This document shows, one piece after another, positions 35,601-43,771 of a stretch of DNA of 64,000 bases. The notes beneath the pieces were generated by a model that worked only from the letters and a program-made list of their open reading frames with translations, ran no database searches and was not told the origin of the DNA. This DNA is from a virus: positions 32,001 to 96,000 of the IMG/VR virus record IMGVR_UViG_3300033233_000010; one strand, given 5' to 3'. Position 1 is the first letter of the stretch, and the number at the start of each line of letters is the position of its first letter. A program made the position numbers and the translations under genes.

Positions 35601-38600
35601 TTGGCCTCGAAGTGCTGCATCACACCGGTCACGCCGTTGTGGTCGGTCTCGACCCAGATGTGATCGGTCGCCCCGATGCCGAGGAGCTTCTGCAAGCGAC
35701 CCGCTGCGGCTTCTCCGTGCGCGACGAACGGAGCCCCGGCATCCCCCTTGAACATCCAGGCGTGCGTCGCACCGGTCTTGAACGTCTTGCCGGTCGGGTG
35801 GAAGTTCTTGTCTGTCGCGAGGAACGACTTGTCGTGGGCGCCGCCGCCGCCGAAGGCGCCCTTCTTCTTCCAGCCAGGATGCGTGAGCGGCGGGGGCGTC
35901 GGCCCCGAAGTCGGCTTGTCAGTGCTGATGAACTTGTCGAGCTGCTCCTTGGTCATCCCGATCGGATTCGACTCGGGCGTCTCGTCGGTGATCTCCGGTT
36001 CCGGTGCCGGAGTGGGCTCCGGCGCGATCGTCGGCGGCGGTGCGGTGGGCGTCGCCGGGAGGGCGGCCTTGACCTTCTTGAGCATCGACTCGAAGAACTT
36101 CTTCTGCTTGGGCGAGGCGAAGTCGCCGCCCCACTTCTTCTGGACGAAGACCTTGTGGGCGATGTCGACGAACGAGGCGTGGTGCTCAGCGTTGAGCGTC
36201 CCGGCTGGAGCCGCCTTGATCATCGCGAGGTAGTCGTCGGGTTGGGCGGCTGGCGGATCGTGCGTCGTCGGCGATGGAGCAACTCCCTCGGGCGCATGAG
36301 GTTTGGCGGCGGCGTCTTGGACCAGTTTCTTGATGAGGTCTTTGCTGACTCCGGTGACGCCAGCAGCGCCCCAGTCGTTCTTGAACTCGGCGTGGATCTT
36401 CGCCGCGACGCCAGCGAGCTTCCAATCGCTCGGCTCACCGCCCGCCGTCAGGTGCGCGCCTCCGGCCAGAGCTTCGGCAATCTTGTGGTCGAGGTGCTCC
36501 TTCTGCTGAGGTGTGAAGTGATGCGCACTCATGATCTTCTGGTGCTTCGTGTAGGCGAAGTGCGTGGGCGAGGCGGTCGTTGGAGGCGGAGCCGGCCCCT
36601 CGGCGGCTGGGTGCGGAGCTGGCGGCGCAGCGGGAGCCGGTTCGCTCGCAGCCTTTGCCGCGTGGGACGTGTGCCACACGGCCCAGAGGTCGTGGAGCCA
36701 GTGGTTCTGGTTGGTCCCGTAGAGCGTCGAGAACGGCTTGTGTGCTTCGAGCGCCGGCTTGATCACCGACTCGGCGGCTCCGGGAACGAACGTCCACTCG
36801 TCAGGAGTCTCCTTTTTGGCGCGCTCGTCCCAGTAGTTGAAGACCTGTGTCTTGAGCGCGCCGAGTGAAGGCACGGGCTTCTCGTCTTCCGGCGGCGTGG
36901 TCTCCTTCGCGACCTCGTCGGCCAGCCCCTTGAAGCCCTCCGGCGAGAGGTGCGCGATCCCCGAGTTTGCGATCGCAGCCACGAGATCGCCCTTGGAGGT
37001 GAACGCCTTCTTGGCGATCGCCTTGAGCATCTCCTTCTTGTCGGCGGAGAGTGCATCCCACGACTGATTCGTGTGGTTGGCCCAGGCGTTTCCGGCCACC
37101 ATGTCAACGGCGGCCTGAGAGAGCGGCTTGCCGTTCTGGGCGAGGTGCTGCGCGAGGGCCGACTTGAACTCGTGCTGGTCCTTGTTGAGCGTCGCGTACT
37201 TGACCGCGAGCTGCTTCGCCGCCTGGTGAATCTCCTCCTTCTCCTGGTTCGAGTAGTCGGCGTAAGGCTTGGGCTTCTCCTTCGCGTTCTCGATCGACGA
37301 GTTGACGATGTCGAGCGTGGTCGAGGCGTCGGGGATCTTGCCGTACTTGTCGGCAGCGATCTTCTGGAGATCGTGGATCAGCTCGCCCTTGTCGACCGGC
37401 TCCTCGGCGTCGGACTTCCCCTTGATGAAGGTATCGGCCATCTTGGCAAGATGGGCGACGTGCTCTGGTTCGAGCTTGCCCATCTCCTTCAGGTGCTCTT
37501 TGGCGATGTCGTGCGGGATCGCGTGGACCTCGTGCGCCGCGTTCTCGATACCCACATCCTTGAGCAGCTGCTTCGAGTGGGACGGGAGCATTCCGTGAGC
37601 GGCTTCGCCCGCGTGCTTGAGAAGGTGCTCCTTCACCTTCTCCTTGAGCTTTTCGTGTTGGTCGGCTGAGAGTTGGGTCGACGGGCCCGGAGGAGGGGGC
37701 GGGGGCGGCGTCGGCTTGACCGTCGCAGCTTTGAACTTCTCCAGCGCTCCGGTCATCAGGGCGTGCGCATCGGCGTGCTTGAGCGGGATGCCGGCCTTGT
37801 CCAGTTCGAGCTTGAACTTGTCCAGTAGCTCCGGGCTCGGCTCGGCGGACTTGGCGTGGGTGACTGGCTTCTCAGCGATCACCTCGTTGGCGATCTTGCC
37901 GATCTTGTCCTTCTCCGTCGGTGTGTAGTCGGAGATGGCCCACGGATGGTGTCCGCTTGGGCCGGGCGCATCGGGGTCGACCTCCGGCTCGGGCGCCTTC
38001 GCCGGCTCCGCCGCTGCACCGAGCTTCGACGCCTTCATCGCGGCGTGCAGTTCGTGATCCACGTCGCCTGGGTGGAGCGGCAGACCGGCCTTGGCGAGCT
38101 GCTTGTCGATCTCGTCCTTGGCCGCCAGGTAGGCTTGTTCCTTGCCGGCGACGCCGAGCCCGGCGTGCCCACCGGCGTCCATGACGACCTTGTTCACGAT
38201 GTCGGCGATCTTGTCCTGCGAGTCGGGGTTGTAGTCGCCGAGGCTTTGGGGCATCTTGGCCGGTTGGGCGACCTTCTCGGGCACTTTCGCCGTTTGGGTC
38301 TTCTGAGAGGCGGCGTGCGCCACGTCTCCAGCGACTTGGCTCGAAATGTGGAGGCCGAGGGCATCGGCGGCGTATTGCTTGAGCTTGCCGATCGCTTCGA
38401 CACCGAAGTGGGTGGTGTGCGCGATCGACGCGGCATAGGCGTCGAGAGCTTCCTTCTCGTGCGTGGTGAGCCCGCCGACGGTCGCAACCGACTCTGGCTC
38501 GTCCTTGGGGCCTTGGGGCTTCTCGGGCTCCTTCTCAGGCTTTGTCTCCGGCTTGGCCGGCGGCTTGGAGACGTGTTTCAACACCTCACTCGCCGCGCCG

Positions 38601-39361
38601 CCAGCAATGGAGATGCCCTTCTTCGAGAGGGCGTCCATGAAGCCGTGGTGGTCGCTCGGATGAAACGCCGCGGCGGTGTCGATAACCGTCTTCTTCTGAC
38701 CGATGGTGAGTCCTTCCAGACCGGCGGCAGAGATAGCCTTGTGGTAGTAGACGAGCTGCTCAGGTTCCTTGGGCTTCTCGGGCGCCTTCTCGGGCTCTTG
38801 CTCCGGCTCCTCCTCGGGTTCCTCCTCGGGTTCCTTCCCAGGCGCCTTGCCCGCGGCGTGCCCAGGATGCTTCACCTCGGCGTGCGGGTCGTGCGGAACC
38901 TCGAAGTGGTGCTCGGTCCCGGCGTGAACGAGGTGGCCCTTCTCGTGGTGGAACTCGATGTCGGCAAGTGGCGGGTGAGCCTCGTTCGAGCCCGAGTGGA
39001 CGATCTGGTGATGCTTCTCGGCGTGTCCGGCGTGAACGTCGCCAAAGGCGGTGAGCTTGTCGGTGTCGGGGTGCTTCTTGCCGTACTTCTTGGAGAACTC
39101 CGACAGCATCTTCCAGCGCGTAGTGGTGAAGTTGAGCCACGCGGTCGCAGTCTGGACGCGAAGTTTCTGACACTCGTGCGCGTACGTGCCCGGCGTCAGC
39201 TGGCTGAGCTTCGCGATGGCGGCGTTGAGGTTCTTGCGACGCGTCGTGATCGCGGCGAGAGCGCGCTTCAGCTCGATCGGGTTCGCCTGTTTCGGCGGAA
39301 CGTTGGCCGGCGGACCTTTCGCCGGAGGGCAGTTGATCTCCATCAAGAGACGGTTCAACAC
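32672..39361 (-). CDS. Giant 2229-aa protein: helical repeats plus HipA/PI3-PI4-kinase-like domain
   Basis: About ten L/Y-S/T-xx-E/Q-K helical repeats; GGGG loop, WMFK, HGEAAA, DDHNGN and VDHG motifs. Confidence 0.85.
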   Translation of the reverse strand: MLNRLLMEINCPPAKGPPANVPPKQANPIELKRALAAITTRRKNLNAAIAKLSQLTPGTYAHECQKLRVQTATAWLNFTTTRWKMLSEFSKKYGKKHPDTDKLTAFGDVHAGHAEKHHQIVHSGSNEAHPPLADIEFHHEKGHLVHAGTEHHFEVPHDPHAEVKHPGHAAGKAPGKEPEEEPEEEPEQEPEKAPEKPKEPEQLVYYHKAISAAGLEGLTIGQKKTVIDTAAAFHPSDHHGFMDALSKKGISIAGGAASEVLKHVSKPPAKPETKPEKEPEKPQGPKDEPESVATVGGLTTHEKEALDAYAASIAHTTHFGVEAIGKLKQYAADALGLHISSQVAGDVAHAASQKTQTAKVPEKVAQPAKMPQSLGDYNPDSQDKIADIVNKVVMDAGGHAGLGVAGKEQAYLAAKDEIDKQLAKAGLPLHPGDVDHELHAAMKASKLGAAAEPAKAPEPEVDPDAPGPSGHHPWAISDYTPTEKDKIGKIANEVIAEKPVTHAKSAEPSPELLDKFKLELDKAGIPLKHADAHALMTGALEKFKAATVKPTPPPPPPPGPSTQLSADQHEKLKEKVKEHLLKHAGEAAHGMLPSHSKQLLKDVGIENAAHEVHAIPHDIAKEHLKEMGKLEPEHVAHLAKMADTFIKGKSDAEEPVDKGELIHDLQKIAADKYGKIPDASTTLDIVNSSIENAKEKPKPYADYSNQEKEEIHQAAKQLAVKYATLNKDQHEFKSALAQHLAQNGKPLSQAAVDMVAGNAWANHTNQSWDALSADKKEMLKAIAKKAFTSKGDLVAAIANSGIAHLSPEGFKGLADEVAKETTPPEDEKPVPSLGALKTQVFNYWDERAKKETPDEWTFVPGAAESVIKPALEAHKPFSTLYGTNQNHWLHDLWAVWHTSHAAKAASEPAPAAPPAPHPAAEGPAPPPTTASPTHFAYTKHQKIMSAHHFTPQQKEHLDHKIAEALAGGAHLTAGGEPSDWKLAGVAAKIHAEFKNDWGAAGVTGVSKDLIKKLVQDAAAKPHAPEGVAPSPTTHDPPAAQPDDYLAMIKAAPAGTLNAEHHASFVDIAHKVFVQKKWGGDFASPKQKKFFESMLKKVKAALPATPTAPPPTIAPEPTPAPEPEITDETPESNPIGMTKEQLDKFISTDKPTSGPTPPPLTHPGWKKKGAFGGGGAHDKSFLATDKNFHPTGKTFKTGATHAWMFKGDAGAPFVAHGEAAAGRLQKLLGIGATDHIWVETDHNGVTGVMQHFEANPSFRDNGEHEPWKTHVHKDKIAKQLQKAVIANWLNDDYDDHNGNFVADDKGNVTPVDHGQAARFFDSSMTLTKKLKWEAPSPTVKGFQSVSQDQGKGFPGRMLRDWSDGEDIALMPLTSPEFESVIARAESIPSDTYKKMWKPYAEGSVQKFGAVAGYSAVKSDQTVDGFLDGMDARRKKIRSEVGDFYAQLAKQRAASLKAKGDARPISAIESEVRDQMGIDEFLQGKPVVAKVDKKALAAATEPGPPHNWLDPKLPTMSQIPDDHVRVKQGHAGVDLMVGGQDVKDGRLQMFHLGNNTMATFILDTGARTKLESRLPGAAGGASAIAAPEPPDIQPFEPPPKPTFSAKGGDFHKKIIGAAGDTSSATKTLPDGTVVPVTKIEKYVYKHFKEGAGGVKYHYLKQGIDAASAAAQSADPVEKAAGEHYLSEFNRLGHLAPDGSYALKAASEIPTDEQEIKRFEPAKAHLAAQKKAKANVEAAHAQAVETAKAAWEEKKTKAEADYQKSLKKYEDDTKAADADAVKAGKLAATKLSYYPVPEAKLKSNPAGDNLVSKEATWDGTFGKPFDKDENEMDTYQLDLTDAVTGVAVAGGKLAPTKRLLVHYVPGHMGHGSKRKYPARGGTVRVQFPEGATKEQIADYTKKVAHILGTDIRPADEKDHELTYLRRMAWLRRIEGYGVGSVKLADEPSGSAEKKIEWWVDKFKQTPTAAGRGPLGYDPRYEPERTANGKLKTAAGQAVYKKNADGSNKRNANYQPLAHDSGEGRAAFNRFDVTGEEMKKWMDDGLTLSKASLTYGKEKESLLSMINMGGIYATEKRAHIGLGVYGKALGGISPGADVQSGGANDIFLFISKVKHDSGWAQFDPRLLLETSAWHHKGDNYGTKVDYSHGQVSNRTGSVQENRMVCVAEAVAAASASGPSKEVMVGDRISFWKWLAQLNLSKYDIDPKPVIEKLKAAGITHAGPDKRPLEEVIK

Positions 39362-39370
39362 GAGAGGCTC

Positions 39371-39676
39371 CTAGTCGTCATCGAGAGAACGCCGGAGATC
39401 GAGCGGAAGCTGCGTCTTGAGGGGTCGTCTTGTCGGAGTCGAAGGTTCGCGCCTCGCCTTCGCCTCGCCCATCGGCTTCGCCTTCACGATCCGAGCAAAG
39501 ACCGACCGATGGCACTCGAACGTCTCGAACTGCCGCCCACAAGTCAAGCACTCTCGGATGCGCATCTTGAGGTCGCCGAAGTCAAAGCCAGGCGGGCCAC
39601 CCATCTGCTCCATCTGGATCAGAGTCTTCTTGACGCGCGACTCGACGGTTCCACAGCTGGGATTAGGACACTTCAT
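39371..39676 (-). CDS. NrdR-like Zn-ribbon protein lacking the ATP-cone
   Basis: MKCPNPSCG..ESRV…RIRECLTCGRQFETFE mirrors the NrdR N-terminus. Confidence 0.65.
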   Translation of the reverse strand: MKCPNPSCGTVESRVKKTLIQMEQMGGPPGFDFGDLKMRIRECLTCGRQFETFECHRSVFARIVKAKPMGEAKARREPSTPTRRPLKTQLPLDLRRSLDDD

Positions 39677-40011
39677 CGGCTGCGCAGCCTTCCCACTCCG
39701 AAGCGCTTCTCCGGTGCGGTACGATGCACTGGACGCGGGCCGGTCTGGGGGCGATGGTCCTTCAACGACTGGGCGACACGCCCGTGGTAGAGATGGCGCT
39801 GACGCCGGTTGTACTTGGCGCGCTCGAAGCGTCGCCCGGAGAAGCGGTCGACGATCTTGCGGAGTCGGTTCGTGATCGCATCCGCCTTGTGCGGCTCGAC
39901 CACGCTCTCGGCCACATCATCGCCCACGCCATCGGTAACGATGACCCCGCCGGAGGGCGATGCCTCGATGGTGAGGAGCGGGCGTCTGGCGAGTTTCAGC
40001 GGATAATGCAC
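39673..40011 (-). CDS. Hypothetical basic protein
   Basis: Fills the gap between terL and the NrdR-like gene; carries LARRPLLTI; start uncertain. Confidence 0.5.
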   Translation of the reverse strand: MHYPLKLARRPLLTIEASPSGGVIVTDGVGDDVAESVVEPHKADAITNRLRKIVDRFSGRRFERAKYNRRQRHLYHGRVAQSLKDHRPQTGPRPVHRTAPEKRFGVGRLRSR

Positions 40012-42014
40012 GCCGGGTAGTCCTCTCCGTCGTTTGTGGGCTTCTTCGGAGCCGCGGGAAGCTCGTCGAAGCCGTCGTCCTCGTCGTGCCACTCAACGTG
40101 TCCGCCGCTGGACCACTGCGCGGTGCCAGTCACCTTCCGATCGGCGACCGACGTTCCGAGCTGCGGCCCAAGGGGGCCGCCTCCTCGCATGTGCTCGGTG
40201 ATGTAGTAGACCACGCCGGCAAGCCCATCAGCGAGATCCTTGCTTCCCTTGGGACCGTGCCGCACCTTGTTCGCGCCGGTGTCGAACTCTAGTTCGCGCA
40301 GCTCCTTGTCGAGCCCTTCGTGCCACGGGCAGACGATGCGCTGTTCGTAGATCGCTTGCCGAAGCATGAGGTAGGGCCGAAGCCGCGCCACGCGCTCCCC
40401 AACCTCCTCGACCCTGAGCCCTCGGCGCTTGAACATCTGGAGGTTCGGCGGTCCGCAGAACTGGTCCATCGACATCGACCGGATCGGGTAGCCTTCCGAG
40501 ATCATGCGAAGGACGACACCGCGAACCTCGCCCTGGTCGATGTCGCCGCCGTCTGGCGAGCAGATACGGAGCACGCCGTCGACGTGGATGACCGGTGCCT
40601 CCTCGGGGATCTTCTCGCCAGTCTCGGGGTCCGTGCGATGGACCGGAACTGAGCCGGCCTGGTGTGCAACGACGAGACCGGTAGCGTAGCCGTTCACGCT
40701 CATGTCGATGTGCCCGTGGCGGATCGCGCCCGCGCAACAGACGGGAACCGAATCGCCGCGGGCGTTCTTCGTCATCACGTCGTTCCACCGGATGCTGAGA
40801 ATCTGACCGGTAATCCACTCCGGGGCTTTGAACGGGTTGGGCTTCTGCTTGTCGAAGATCAGGTCGATCGCCGAGCGACGCGTGATGAAGAGGCGCCCAA
40901 CGAAATCGGTCGCGATACCGGCGATGTCGCGCGTGGCGCCGTCGGGGTCATTACGAAACTCGTCGATGTAGTCCTGGGGGAACTCGAAGACGAGTGAGCC
41001 GGGCGGAGCGACAGCGGTCGGGTCTTCGAGAACCTTGCAGCGCCCCTCCTTCGGGGAAACCGCGCACCGGTACCACTGCTGCTCCTTGAAGGGCTCGGGG
41101 TGGACGTTCCAGATGGCGTAGTCGCGGACGAAGACGCCCTTGTTGTTCTCTTTGATCGCCGTCTTGATCCGGTGCTCGGTGAAGTCGGCTGTAGCTCGCT
41201 TCGACGAGACGAGCATGACCATGCCCTTGACGCCGTGCCGCTTGTAGCGCGCCTTCACGCGGCGGGCGAGGGCGTTGTAGATCATTGTCGCCTTATCCTC
41301 GGCCTTGGACGAGGCCGAGCCGGTCGTAACCTTCCCTTCGCCGAGGAAGTTCGTCTCGTCCACGATCGCAAAGATCACGTTAAGTCCAAGCGCTGCTGCG
41401 TCTTGCGAAGCTCCACCGACGATGTAGATACCCTTCTTCTTGAAGCGCACCTCCTCCATCGTCTCCTCGTACTTGCCCTTGAACCACGGGGCGAGTGCGA
41501 GCTTCTTGCAGATACCACCGAAGACGACTCGCCGGGCCGAGGCGACGGTACGCGAAATCGGAACGATGTGGATGGGCTCGCCCGCGGCGAGACCGAGCGT
41601 GTGCTGCGGGTTCCGCAGGCAGCTCAGCTCGTAGATCATCCGCATGCACGCGGTCGTGGCGAAGAAGTCCTTACCCCAACCTATTGCACCAGTTAGGATC
41701 GCTTCGTGGTAGTCGCCCTCGAACAGCTCCGTGAGGTCTTCGCGGAGCTGCGGGTACATATCGGTGCCCGTCTCGCCGATCAGATCCTCATTGAGAATCC
41801 AGTCGCGAACGGGCATCGGCTGTTCTTCCCAGTCGACTGAGGCGACATCTTCGACGAGCATCGACTTGCCCGTCGTCTGCCACTCGACGATCGCCTTCTG
41901 GAGAAGAAGCCTTTCGGCTGGCGAGAGGGCAGCAACGCGTTCGTCGGTCGACTCACGCCGCTCCTGCGCCGACCGGACGCTGCGCCAGCGACCGCCGTCT
42001 TGGATGATCGGCAT
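39996..42014 (-). CDS. terL: Terminase large subunit
   Basis: Walker A TGAIGWGKD, Walker B IFAIVDE, RNase-H-like nuclease HIDMS…SMDQF…KDLADG. Confidence 0.9.
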   Translation of the reverse strand: MPIIQDGGRWRSVRSAQERRESTDERVAALSPAERLLLQKAIVEWQTTGKSMLVEDVASVDWEEQPMPVRDWILNEDLIGETGTDMYPQLREDLTELFEGDYHEAILTGAIGWGKDFFATTACMRMIYELSCLRNPQHTLGLAAGEPIHIVPISRTVASARRVVFGGICKKLALAPWFKGKYEETMEEVRFKKKGIYIVGGASQDAAALGLNVIFAIVDETNFLGEGKVTTGSASSKAEDKATMIYNALARRVKARYKRHGVKGMVMLVSSKRATADFTEHRIKTAIKENNKGVFVRDYAIWNVHPEPFKEQQWYRCAVSPKEGRCKVLEDPTAVAPPGSLVFEFPQDYIDEFRNDPDGATRDIAGIATDFVGRLFITRRSAIDLIFDKQKPNPFKAPEWITGQILSIRWNDVMTKNARGDSVPVCCAGAIRHGHIDMSVNGYATGLVVAHQAGSVPVHRTDPETGEKIPEEAPVIHVDGVLRICSPDGGDIDQGEVRGVVLRMISEGYPIRSMSMDQFCGPPNLQMFKRRGLRVEEVGERVARLRPYLMLRQAIYEQRIVCPWHEGLDKELRELEFDTGANKVRHGPKGSKDLADGLAGVVYYITEHMRGGGPLGPQLGTSVADRKVTGTAQWSSGGHVEWHDEDDGFDELPAAPKKPTNDGEDYPACIIR

Positions 42015-42017
42015 TGG

Positions 42018-42722
42018 TTACTCCGCGACGATGTCGGCGCTGTCGTCGAGGTCGGCGAGTTGCAGCGCCTCGTCACTCGTCGGCGCGGGGGCGTCGACGT
42101 GACTCGGGTTCATCGGGAGTCCGAGCGTCTCCTTGTCGGCAAGCCCTTCGGTCTTGATCATCGAGAGAAACGCATCGGTGACTCGGCGGCGCGACTTCGG
42201 GTCCTCGAAGACGGCGGCCTCGGGGCCGTAGCGCGCGGCGAAGTTGATCGTGACCTTGGGCGCGCTCTCCTTCTCGTGACCGACCTTCGGAAGATAGCCG
42301 GCGTCGGCGAGCACCTTGTGGCGGTAGACGAGCATGTTGCCCGACACCTGGAGGAAGCGCGCCTTGAAGGCTCCGTTGGAGCAGGCGACGTGTTCGACGT
42401 AGGCATCTTCGGCCAGCTTCATCAGCCGCTTGGCCGTCATGCCCACATCCATCGCGGCTTGCTTCGGGTCTCGCTTGAGATCCTCGGTGTCCTGCCCGAG
42501 CCGCTTCTCCCACCAGTCGAGATCGCGCTGGATCGTCTTGGTGGAGACCTTGAAGCGGTTGGCGATGTCGTCGACCGACTGGCCGCAGCAGAGCATCTCC
42601 CAGACACCGTTGCGCCGCTGTTCGATGGCTCGACGGTACCAACGCGGCTTGCCGCCGCTCGTCGGTGTGATCGAGGTCGGCGTGATGGGAGTTGTGGAAG
42701 CGTTCGCGGTCGGATTGGACAC
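42018..42722 (-). CDS. terS: Terminase small subunit (N-terminal HTH)
   Basis: GQSVDDIANRFKVSTKTIQRD HTH, directly upstream of terL. Confidence 0.7.
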   Translation of the reverse strand: MSNPTANASTTPITPTSITPTSGGKPRWYRRAIEQRRNGVWEMLCCGQSVDDIANRFKVSTKTIQRDLDWWEKRLGQDTEDLKRDPKQAAMDVGMTAKRLMKLAEDAYVEHVACSNGAFKARFLQVSGNMLVYRHKVLADAGYLPKVGHEKESAPKVTINFAARYGPEAAVFEDPKSRRRVTDAFLSMIKTEGLADKETLGLPMNPSHVDAPAPTSDEALQLADLDDSADIVAE

Positions 42723-42785
42723 GGCTGAACCCTTATCCGGCGCTCAGGCGCCGTCCCTCAGCCTAACACCGACCCGTAAGTCTTG

Positions 42786-43769
42786 TCAGCTCCTAGCTCC
42801 CATCGCCAGTGTTCCACGACGCGACCCGGCTCGGTGGATCAGGTCTTCGGCCAGCAGAAACGCCTTGTCGAAGACCCCGGACTGGATCGCTTCGTCGCAG
42901 GCCGACTTGAACTGCCCGAGGGTCGTGTGGAACGCGGAAGATGCCGTCTCGCGTGAGTGGCCGGTCGGGATCAGCGCGTTCAGGGCCTTGTCGCCGCAGA
43001 ACTGCTTGAGGAACCGATCGCGGATGCGCTTGGCGTGGACTTGCCTCGACTTGTCCTGCATCTCCGGCCAGACCTCCGCCGCAAGTTTGGCCGCGCGTCC
43101 GGCGCCCGCGCCGGTGCCAGTGATGTCACGAAGATCCTCTCCGCTGCCGATGAGCCTCTGGAGGAAATCGCGCTCCTTGTCGCCGAGCTTGGCACTCGTC
43201 ATCGCCTGGTCGAGCGCCATGTGGACGATCTTCTTCTCGTCGTCGTTGAGCCCGGTCGTCTTGCCGGTCGGTTCGCCGAACCGCTGACCAGCGCTGGCCG
43301 CCGTGGGATCGACCTCGCCGGCTTCCGGGTCGGCTCCGATCGACTTCGCCTTCAGCTTGTAGCGCTTCTGCTTGACCTCGCCCGTCTCGGGGTCAACGAC
43401 GGTACCTTTGGCCGATGGCCCGGCCTTGGCTGCACGAGACTTGTTGCTCACGGCATTCCGCACGGCTCGCATGAGGTAGCCGGTCAAGCCCTGCGGCGTC
43501 GTGACGTTGGCGTGCCCCATCTCGCCCGACATGATCTTGACGAGCACGTCGTGGACGGCTTCCTCCGCGTCTTCGGGCGACTTCGTACGCGAGTTGGCGA
43601 CGCGCAGGAGCGACGGCATGTAGTGGGTGTAGAGCTTGGCGAACGCGTTGCGGTCACCGGCGAGCGCGGACTGGAAGGCGGCATGAAGCTCGGGATTGTC
43701 TTCGAGGAGCTTCTGGCTCGGTCCCCGCAGAAGATCGAGCGCCGCCCAGACAGCTTCGACGATGAGCAC
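42786..43769 (-). CDS. ECF-like sigma-70 family factor
   Basis: GDRNAFAKLYTHYMPSLLRVA…EDAEEAVHDVLVKI (region 2) and a C-terminal helix-turn-helix; start GTG 43769 just after the parB stop. Confidence 0.8.
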   Translation of the reverse strand: MLIVEAVWAALDLLRGPSQKLLEDNPELHAAFQSALAGDRNAFAKLYTHYMPSLLRVANSRTKSPEDAEEAVHDVLVKIMSGEMGHANVTTPQGLTGYLMRAVRNAVSNKSRAAKAGPSAKGTVVDPETGEVKQKRYKLKAKSIGADPEAGEVDPTAASAGQRFGEPTGKTTGLNDDEKKIVHMALDQAMTSAKLGDKERDFLQRLIGSGEDLRDITGTGAGAGRAAKLAAEVWPEMQDKSRQVHAKRIRDRFLKQFCGDKALNALIPTGHSRETASSAFHTTLGQFKSACDEAIQSGVFDKAFLLAEDLIHRAGSRRGTLAMGARS

Positions 43770-43771
43770 GA

